From Azolla caroliniana (Eukaryota > Plantae > Polypodiophyta): a stretch of DNA of 61,202 nt. Within the stretch, counting starts at the first letter, position 1; each line of letters begins with the position of its first letter. Made by a program: the position numbers and the translations under genes. Positions 51,935 through 61,202 of this stretch are shown here, one piece after another. The notes beneath the pieces were generated by a model, which did no database searches, was not told the origin of the DNA, and saw nothing but the letters and a program-made list of their open reading frames with translations. Location of the stretch: positions 1 through 61,202 of the forward strand of contig JBHGNT010000173.1 of the NCBI GenBank assembly GCA_043228905.1, in the 5' to 3' direction.

Positions 51935-53860
51935 ATGCAGAACAAAGTATTGCAGCATGAGGTCCGGTTGTGCAGGGCAGATTGTATAGCCTTCTTCAAG
52001 TCCTGCTCTGCATCCAGGGATGTGGAGGCTGGTTCTCGGTTGCATGCTGAGCTTACAGAAAAGGGCTTTCTTGAGAACTCGGATGTGTTCATTGCTACTG
52101 CCTTGGTCAATATGTATGGGAAATGTGGTATCTTTGCCAAAGCACAGGAAATATTTGACTCCATTGCCGTCCGTGATGTCATCTTGTGGACTGCCCTCAT
52201 GTCAGGACATGTTGAATGTGGTCAGGATGACGAAGCAATAGATTGCATGGAGAAAATGCAACAGGAAGGCATCTCACCGAATGCTTTTACTTTTGTATGT
52301 GGTTTGAAAGCTTGTGGTAGCGTCAGATGTGCTGAAAAGCTGCGGACTCTTCATGCTGAGATTATGAAGAAAGGGTTGGAACATGAGATGCTCATTGGGA
52401 GCACCTTGGTTGATGTATATGCTAAATGTTGCATGATTAAAACAGCAGCAGAAGTGTTTGATACACTTGCGGTCCGATCAGACGTTGCTTGGACTGCATT
52501 AATGATGGGTTATATCGATCATGGACAGGCTCAGCAGGCCCTGGACTGTTTTGATCGGATGCAATATGATGGCATCCTTCCAGATGTTGTCACTTTCATT
52601 TGCACTTTAAAAGCTTGTGGCATTATCGGTGTAGGAGGTTCTGGGAAGGGCCAAATCATACATACTCAAATTGTTATGAAAGGTCTCCAAAGTGATTGTA
52701 TGATTGGGAGTGCTTTGGTTTCTATGTATGCCAAATGTGGTCTATTTTATGAAGCAGAGGATGTATGTCATAAACTCGTTGATCAAGATGTGGTTTCATG
52801 GAATGCACTCATAGCAGGGTATGCTGCGCATGGGCAAAGTGAGAAAATATTCTTTTGTCTGAAATGCATGCAATGTGAGGGTATATCACCAGATTTGATC
52901 ACATATGTTTTTGGATTGAAGGCTTGTGGAAATATACAAGATAATGTGGAAATTCTAAAAATATTACATGCCAATGCTGTGACAAAAGGATTTGAAGCAG
53001 ATCTACGTATCGGCATCTCATTGGTTGATGCTTATGCTAAATGTGGCTTTCTTGAAGAAGCACAACATGCAGTTGGCAGACTCCAAGTCTGTGAGGCAAT
53101 CCCATGGACAGCATTGATGGCAGGATACAGTGAACATGGTTATGGTGGAAAGGCTCTTGATTGCTTGGAGAAAATGCAACTAAGTGGTATCCCATTCAAT
53201 GAGGTTACATTAGTTTGCAGCTTGAAAACTTGTGGTAGTGTTGGATCTCTAACCAAGGGTAGGGAGATGCATGCTGATATAGCTAAAAAGGGGCTAGAAG
53301 AAGTGCACATTGTTGGTAATGCCTTGATTGATTTGTATTCCAAATCTGGGTTGCCCATGTCAGCACGTACAGTTTTTTTCAAGCTTCAAGTTCACGATTT
53401 AGTATCATGGAATGCACTACTGGCAGCATTTTCCCAGATGGGAGATATCATAAATGTTTCTCATTGTTTCTATCAACTCGTGATGGAAGGCTTAGAACCA
53501 GATGTGGTCACATTCAGTATTATCCTCAGTGGATATAGTCATGCTGGCCTACAGAATGATGCAGTGATATTCCTTTACACTATTATGAAGAACTATTCCT
53601 TCTTGCCATCTTTGGAGCATTACACTTGCATAGTTGATCTCCTTGGGCGAGCAGGTCAAGTGAAAGAAGCCGTAATGATTGCTAGCATGATGCCAGTGCA
53701 ACCAGGAACTTTAATGTGGCATTCTATCTTAGGAGCTTGCCAAAAATGGTACAATATGGAGCTTGGGAAATTAGCATTTGAACATGCACAACAACTGAAT
53801 GAAAATGATTTGGGAGCATATTTATGTATGGCAAACATTCAGAAGAACATCCTAAGATAG
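51935..53860 (+). CDS. PLS-class PPR protein with E domain and no DYW (putative organellar RNA-editing factor)
   Basis: Intronless 641-aa ORF with P/L/S triplets and EHYTCIVDLLGRAG..MPVQP..WHSILGAC..AYLCMANI. Confidence 0.9.
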   Translation: MQNKVLQHEVRLCRADCIAFFKSCSASRDVEAGSRLHAELTEKGFLENSDVFIATALVNMYGKCGIFAKAQEIFDSIAVRDVILWTALMSGHVECGQDDEAIDCMEKMQQEGISPNAFTFVCGLKACGSVRCAEKLRTLHAEIMKKGLEHEMLIGSTLVDVYAKCCMIKTAAEVFDTLAVRSDVAWTALMMGYIDHGQAQQALDCFDRMQYDGILPDVVTFICTLKACGIIGVGGSGKGQIIHTQIVMKGLQSDCMIGSALVSMYAKCGLFYEAEDVCHKLVDQDVVSWNALIAGYAAHGQSEKIFFCLKCMQCEGISPDLITYVFGLKACGNIQDNVEILKILHANAVTKGFEADLRIGISLVDAYAKCGFLEEAQHAVGRLQVCEAIPWTALMAGYSEHGYGGKALDCLEKMQLSGIPFNEVTLVCSLKTCGSVGSLTKGREMHADIAKKGLEEVHIVGNALIDLYSKSGLPMSARTVFFKLQVHDLVSWNALLAAFSQMGDIINVSHCFYQLVMEGLEPDVVTFSIILSGYSHAGLQNDAVIFLYTIMKNYSFLPSLEHYTCIVDLLGRAGQVKEAVMIASMMPVQPGTLMWHSILGACQKWYNMELGKLAFEHAQQLNENDLGAYLCMANIQKNILR

Positions 53861-55279
53861 CATGGTTTGAAATGACTTCTGAGAGATGTAACCTAAAATA
53901 AGATATATGGTACAACTCTTAGATACAACGTTGTGCACATGAATATCCTTTGAGAACGCAGCAATGCATCTGAAAGTGTATTATCTAAAATGATGAATTG
54001 TGGATGCTAGAGGAATTCTGAAATGGCCAATGAGAACAAGAAGGTTACAACATCATGAATCCAGTAGTTACATGATTCACATAAAATAAAGGCCCAAAAC
54101 TGAAAATGGTTGCAGTAGTTACATGATTCATATCTTTTAGGAGTTTCTATCCTAAGCTCAAATGAGAAGGTACTATACAGTTGTCATATGTTGCATACTG
54201 CAACGTGAAGTGCTCTTCATCATCAATCTCGTGGCATTTGTACAATCCATGGTCACTATCACAATCTTTATTATCTATCTCTTATGATTCATCTTTCATG
54301 CCTAGGTAACCCTTGTGAAACTGATCGCTTGTCTTACCTACACAAACGGTATTTTTAATGGTTTGGTAAAACTTGCAAGAGCATGGTTGCTCATCTGTTA
54401 CCTATGAGAATGTTCTGTGTATATCTAATTGGGTGCATTCCAGTATGATCCAGACTCGCACTCCCATAAAAGAAATACAACAGTCAGATACAACTTATGA
54501 CAAGTTAATATGAGGGAGACCTAGGTCACAGTTACAGAGCTCTCCCCCCCTGAAGATACACTATTGATGCAATTATAGCTGTTTGGTTGATTCAGTGGAC
54601 TCGCTAACTTATTGGGTGTGTAGGTCAGCTCAATGTATCATTACATCGGTTAGGGATAGGGATTGATCTTGATGTCGCCATCCCTCGATAACGGAGGATC
54701 TGTCAAATATGTACGAGCCAGATGGAAGGTGACGATCATTTGTGAGAGTGACTATACTAATGTATGCAACAAGCATGTTACATTAGAGAATATTCATAGC
54801 ATTTTGGTACAAATAGTTCTCTAAGAGGCATCGTATATTTCAAGCCATGTTGGCAATTAGCAAAAGAAGCCCATGAGTACAAAATGTAAAGATCTTAAGG
54901 AGCCACTTGAAAAGTAACAATGGAAAGTATGTCAATTGAAACTGAATGTATTTACTTGATGTCTTTCACTACAAATATTGGGCATACCCTCTCAATCCAA
55001 ATTATATAAATGATCTCTCAACAAATAAACTAGAGATCTCACAAATCAATTTTATAAGTGAACTTTCATGCGACTATACACAGCCCTGATTTTACTATTT
55101 TCTGTGAAAAAAGATACGTTTGAATATAAGCATGGAAATTTCCGCACAACAAAAATGCCTCACAGCCCAAGAAGATCTGGACATGTACACTTCGGCTGTA
55201 CTTTGGGACTGATCTTCAGATGAAGATGCTCTTATTTGAATGGGTGAAAGAATGTGTTAGTGTAACCTCATATGTTAAT

Positions 55280-58200
55280 CTAAGCAATCGCACTCCAAAC
55301 AGCATCATCTCCTTCACCACAGCGCTGGTGCACATCCAACATTCTCTCAACAGAATTGCATATGCCACTACATGTCCAGTCAAATGAAGCTACACATGCA
55401 TTTCCTGCCTGAGCCTTCCATTCACAATCTGGCATGAAAAAATATGTAACCAAAATAAATTGACGGGTAAAAAATAAATTGTGAAGGGTTTAGGGTTTAG
55501 GGTTTGTTGTACAAAAATTTCTATTACATGGAGGTACACTGTTAGGGTATTCTTGTAAGTACCCTAACAGTTAAGTGGAAACTCAATGTAAGGTACAACG
55601 GAGGACCAGCACATCCCCAACATGCATGCATGAATGAACACTAGAGCTTTTTCAGGCCTAGACAAGAAAAATAACCTGGAGGTGTTCCACAACAAAAGCT
55701 TCGATCATCAATTTGCTCCACATCCAAGCCAATGAACCATGCACCCAAGGAAACATCTTCATTTGCATATTTGTGCAATATTTGCCTGTAGGAAATGAAG
55801 ATCTTAATCATGATAACCTCTGGCATGGACAACACATAAGTCTGCCAACACATAAGTCTGGTTTCCAAAGAACATACTGGTTAATCGATATATAGGTAGC
55901 AAGATCCTTTGAAACAACATACAACTGCCCTGTGGCATGCCTAAAATACTTGTTTCCATCCTCTCCAAATTTCCAGTACTCTGGTTCATGATACTTGGCT
56001 CCTCTGCAAAAATAGGATATGTATCAATCCAATAAGATACAATATCCACTGGTTGACTTTTGGAGAGGTACTTTCAGCTCAATGTTACAGCATACCTTTG
56101 AGAGAGAACTGGGCCTGACTTCATACATCCTATGTATACACGAGGCTTTGGCAGATACCTTGCTAATGTTGTCCCAAGTATCCCTGAGAGACAGATGGAA
56201 GTTGAGATCATAATCGTTTCAGAAGCTCCACAAAATGAGGAGAATAAGGTAGAAGGGATTGTGGCTGACTGGTTCAGGCTCTTTCCATGTAAGCCATAGA
56301 TTAGGAGTCAACCCTCCCCTCAGTTGCTGCAAAGAAGGCAATTGAACCCCTAAGATAAAATGATGAATAGAGCACAATCTCACCTAAATTTACGTGTACA
56401 TCATCATCAACTTTCACATAGAAATCCGCATCCCACTTGGCTAATGCTGTGGAAAAAAATATCTTTGTTTTGGCAGACAATTCATGGTAGCCTTCAATAT
56501 GTTCCTATCAATGTGAACATTGTTGCTGTAAGAGGTGAGCTAGTACTGAAACTGTGGGCAGTTGTAAAACTTGAGCATCATGTAAAACAGAGTAAATCAA
56601 ATGATCTTGCAATTGCACTCACTAATCTCAAGAAATCTCCATGCTGTGCCTCTTCTGCATCAATGGCACGATCCAAGATGCCGCCAGGCGTAGCACTAGT
56701 AATCGAGGAAAAAATTTAGCACCTCCACTTATAATTATACATACCCTCACTTACAGTCTAATCAAAGTGTATTTGTTGATTAGACAAGACATCAACAATC
56801 AGATGGCTTCACAAATGAAACCATCACAATGTACTTTACCTATGGCCAATAACAAATCGAACAATAATTCCCTTCTCTTGCTCAAGATTCTTCAGTTTTT
56901 CACCTAATATGTGAGAAATTAAAAAGAAAATGATAAGAGTGATGGCATTGTAACTTCACTGTTGTCATATTAGCAACTTGTGCATACCTTGTGGCATCCA
57001 TGTCTCTCGGACAGAGTTCCTTCTTTTTCTACTGCTGAATGCAGTGTTAATCCCAACCATGATGAAAGCTTTCTTTCTGTCTTCAGGATGCTCTAAAATA
57101 GGCTTTATCAGACTGGGGGAACCTGCCTGGGAAGAAGCCCTTGCTACAGCTAATTCCATTTCCAACATTGAAACTGATTTGTCCAGAGTCCTGCTCAAGA
57201 TAATGAATGCATCTCAGATCAAATTTATCAATAATAACATTTCATGCAACAGAATTTCTATGAAAATTTGGAACATAATTTCAAATATCCGAAATACAAT
57301 TATAGAGCCTCAAACTCCCATTTATTAATGTTCCTCATTTGATATGGCAAAATATCAACAATTTTAATTTTATAGGAATTTGATCATAAGTTGAAGTTTT
57401 CATAGTCAACCATACAGCAAACAGATCCAGGTATGGAAGTACGGAGGAGTAGGGTTCAAATCCCTCAGAAATACCATATGTGGCTTTAAACCATGCCATA
57501 CAGCACCATAAAACCAAGAGAGGAAGTTTGCCACAAATAACATAAGAAACTAGGAAGCAAAATATTTAAAAAGTACAATCATTGTTAAACATACTTACTA
57601 CTTAAATATATCCATAGGTAAAGAACAAAAAAAAGACTCATGCAGTCAAAACATCAAAAAACTAAATACATGGTAGTTATTTGCATTTGCAAATTGTTTC
57701 CAAAAAGAATCTGGATGCAGACATCCACATTTCCGCACCAGTGTGTATAGGAAAACCTATGGCTTTCTTAGCACTAATTTCTAAATATCCCCGACTACAT
57801 CTTAATTAGTTAAAATCGGTTTTCATTTCATTATTCCAAATGTACCAAAAATACCTAAAATTAGCTAAATATCACTTACTTGATAGCTTCATGTGTCTTA
57901 GATACTTCATCCAAAAGGTCTTGCCCTTGCATAGATGTTTCACTCTGATACCAAAAAACACAAAATAATAAGATCCAACATTGCCCAGCGCCCTAATTTC
58001 CCTCCTTCAAATCCAGAGATAAAAGTTTCACATACATGTTTTGAGTCGCAATTTTCATGAATATGCTGAATCTCCTCTTCATGTACTAATACTATCCTTT
58101 TATCATCTGCAGCACCATGTTCTGAAGTTGTCCACGGCCTGTAAAAGACTGCAAGTTTAAGATTTATGATAATTCATGGCTTTATTCATCTAACAAGTCC

Positions 58201-59844
58201 TTAAGTTTCAAATGGCAATCATATACATTGCATTTAACACTCAATGATTGAGCTATCCACAGAAACCATCTGAGAATTGAGTTTCAGTCCATAAAATATG
58301 GTCTTATTTCTTTTACAAAAATCAATAGGGGGAAGTACTTAAGATTTATTTTGCATAGAAACAGCAGAGAACAAGTAACCACTGATGTCATAGCTTTCGA
58401 AACAAATACATGGATGAACATCAAATAGAATCATACATGGTTTAATCTTGAGAAAAAGAAGCATTGTTTTATCACAATCTTAAAATACCTACATGAATAG
58501 CATTACAAGAGCTATAACCTCCCTCTATCATTCCTTGTAAATAGATGCAATCATGCCCAATTCAGAATTTTTTAATAAAGGAAATTATGTGCAGCCTATG
58601 GATGCTACCTATGAATTTTACAGAAACAATATCTTTGGAGACCGGAAAATGTGTCATGTCAATAAGCTGGCTTGCACCCAAGCACAAGTTACAAGCTTCA
58701 TCAGTATGAAGAAGGTTTCTCTCCTACTTTCTTCAGGATCTACATTGTTAAGATAACTAGTTACATTTATGGTGTTTAAAATCAATTTCATCAGATATAC
58801 CACTCCATATTTTGCTTTATGCGTAGGTTGGTTCCTTATTCTAGTTGTTGTATCACATGTGAGCATATAGCAATTCCTACATGGCAGAAAGCCACAATGA
58901 AGCTCGGGTTTCCAGTGGCAAGACATGTCATTCGAAAAAGAGATTGGACATGCAAGCAAGGACTGACAAAACTGAGGATTTCGAATAGTGCCCATGATCA
59001 AAAAGCAATGGTAGCAGGCACAATTTCGAAAGACTTGCAAAATAGGGTAGTTTTCAACAAGTTCGTTACACCACCACTCATAATTGACACAGTAGTCCAG
59101 GCATCTAAACTCTTTTTACCTTTATAAAACAGGGTTGTTGATTAACTGCACAATTTTCCATGTGGCCCTTAGTCTACGATTTCTCTCACAAGTTACAAAT
59201 TACCATAGGAAATCAGGGAAATAACTCCTCCCTTCCCCCCAAATCAACAACATCCAGATTCATTCAAAAACCATGAGCAAATGAAGATGGATTCGTACAT
59301 AAAAATATCGCATTTGTGATATCTATTGGATGGCATGGAGTAACATTCTGCTCATGTCAATCTTGAACCACATGGTGAGGTAGATAAAATAGAAAAGACT
59401 ATAATAGTATATGAAACCAAATTCGTCCTACATATGGGAGGAACCATCATGAATAAATGATACCAGTACGGCTTCAAGCAACAGCATAGCTCATGGATCA
59501 CCATTTAATGTTATTCTCCATTTTTCTAAGACAATTTCCACCAAATCTCCTTCTCAAACTTAGAGAATTGTAAGCTTATGTAAACTTGTTTGTTTAGTTT
59601 TAAAACAGCATTAACGAACAACCATATTTTGGACTCTCTACCCTTGTGGTAAGCCAACTTTTTACTTTTATTAACATGGGTGGCCGAGTTCAAATATTTA
59701 ATGCATTGCTTTTGTAGATGCCTTTGTGCAATGAAGATTTGAACACATGACCTTCTGGTATCTTCTGGACAACCTTACTTTACTAGATGCCATTGTGAAA
59801 TGTAGGTTTGAAAGTATGACCATCTGAGCTACAACTGTTTTGCA

Positions 59845-59892
<48 letters not shown>

Positions 59893-60069
59893 AAAAGCAC
59901 ACGCATATGATCGAATTACGACTAAAAGAGTAGTGAAGGGAAGAGACGGTTTGGATTTTTGCACGTTGTACCTGTTGGTGAGGAGAATCCCCGCAAGGAA
60001 GCATGAGAGGCATGCCGCAAGGAGCACTGTGGAGGAGACTCCCCCTCCACCTCCTCCTCTGGAACGCAT
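55280..60069 (-). CDS. GT31 beta-1,3-galactosyltransferase (DUF4094 + Galactosyl_T type), ~11 exons
   Basis: Exons include 59972-60069, 58036-58138, 57880-57944 and 56988-57190. Motifs [61 protein letters not shown] and [13 protein letters not shown]; stop TAG at 55280-55282. Confidence 0.92.
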
Positions 60070-61001
60070 TTGTTGAAGCTCAGTTGGAGCTCACTTAGTT
60101 CACACAGAGATTGCAGGAAAGAGATAAAACCTCTGAGTTTTGTGAAGAGAGAATCCAAAGGCTTTCTCGGAACATGTAGGTTGGAGCAGATCTTACAGGG
60201 AAAACCCTCTCTCTATATCTATCGCTATATCTACATATCTCTATCTCTATCGTTGAGCTCAAACAAGGAGAAGAGAGAGAGAATGTAAGCGCTCCCTCTC
60301 TCTCTCACACACACACACACACTCGCTTTACAGAAAGATGGGTCTTTCTTCCCCTCCTCTGTATTTCTCTCTCCTCAGAAAACGAACCCCTTCCCTCTCC
60401 TCTGTCTGTGTGTGTGTGTGTGTGTGTGTGCTGTCGTTGTTTTGTCGTTCCAATTTGAACTCCCAAACTTCTTTATCACTCCAAACAAATACATACATAA
60501 AATGTACGCACCATCTCTCTTTCTTTTTTGGTAAAAGCACACAATTATATTAATTGTACGTAAAATCCACTTAGTTACAACACTTCTTAGTCTCCTCTAC
60601 CTATCATATGCCTATGTAAGGAGAGGGACGTTCTGTAATGCTACTAAAAAACCTGAATATGCATTTGAGGAAATGATCCCCACATGCTCTAACATCCAAA
60701 AATTCCACAGGAGAATACCTTTAAGCTTCTTTATATAGGCTTTCACCCCATGTCTATTATCAAACATGAAAGCATTACGCATATTCCAATTGTGTTGTAG
60801 AACAATATCTCCATCTCATCGTTTGATCCAATTTGAACATATTGAGAAAAAACCCATTGTTGAGGTCTCCAACAACAACGAGTTAAAACTTGCCAAATGT
60901 CCGATAACTACTTCCAAGTGGTACACGCTATAGGACATTTAATGAACCTATGTGTACTATCCTCCAATGGAACGGTGCAAAAGAAGCAAGTGCTAGACCC
61001 T

Positions 61002-61038
<37 letters not shown>

Positions 61039-61066
61039 CCAATGCCTTCTACACCCCGACCTACCG

Positions 61067-61202
61067 TGGGGACACTCTTCACGACCTCTAGGGTCACGAA
61101 GGTCATAAATAAATTACAACATAGGAAGTCCATGGACCACACAGGATTGCAAGCAAAACACATCATATATGTGAGAGAGTGCCTAGCTCCCTTGCTAACT
61201 CT
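61067..61202 (+). mobile_element. Fragment of the same non-LTR family in opposite orientation, running off the window end
   Basis: Reverse complement of ~16330-16458 (GTLFTTSRVTKVI.K.QHRKSMDH). Confidence 0.75.

Noticed and set aside
55485-55506. Three TTTAGGG-type units in a GT31 intron
   Set aside because: Short telo-box-like tracts are common in plant genes, and no rearrangement is visible here

Overview
AT-rich land-plant nuclear DNA. A seedless plant such as a fern is plausible, but that is inference. Apparently intact host genes are a 4-exon strictosidine-synthase-like gene (18534-20937, -), a PLS/E-class PPR gene (51935-53860, +) and a multi-exon GT31 beta-1,3-galactosyltransferase gene (55280-60069, -). 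A truncated PPR gene (49990-51210, -) is divergent from the intact one. The first ~49 kb is a mosaic of three rearranged duplicates of nested mobile elements (Copia, a non-LTR RT, MULE fragments) mixed with pieces of the local genes. The main finding is a complete 9,223-bp DNA transposon (35681-44903) with 36-bp TIRs and a CTTA target-site duplication; removing it restores the LINE reading frame it interrupts. It carries a Sola-like DDD transposase head-to-head with a spliced gene for a ParB/Srx-like domain fused to a beta-class DNA amino-(N6A/N4C)-methyltransferase. Intron 1 of that gene holds a ~51-bp-period array of palindromes. Two deleted copies of the element are also present. The second highlight is a TSD-flanked, poly(A)-tailed L1-ORF1 insertion (620-4881) carrying intronless fragments of starch branching enzyme, Rab-GDI and probably NAT10. 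All family assignments come from motif recognition; no searches were run.
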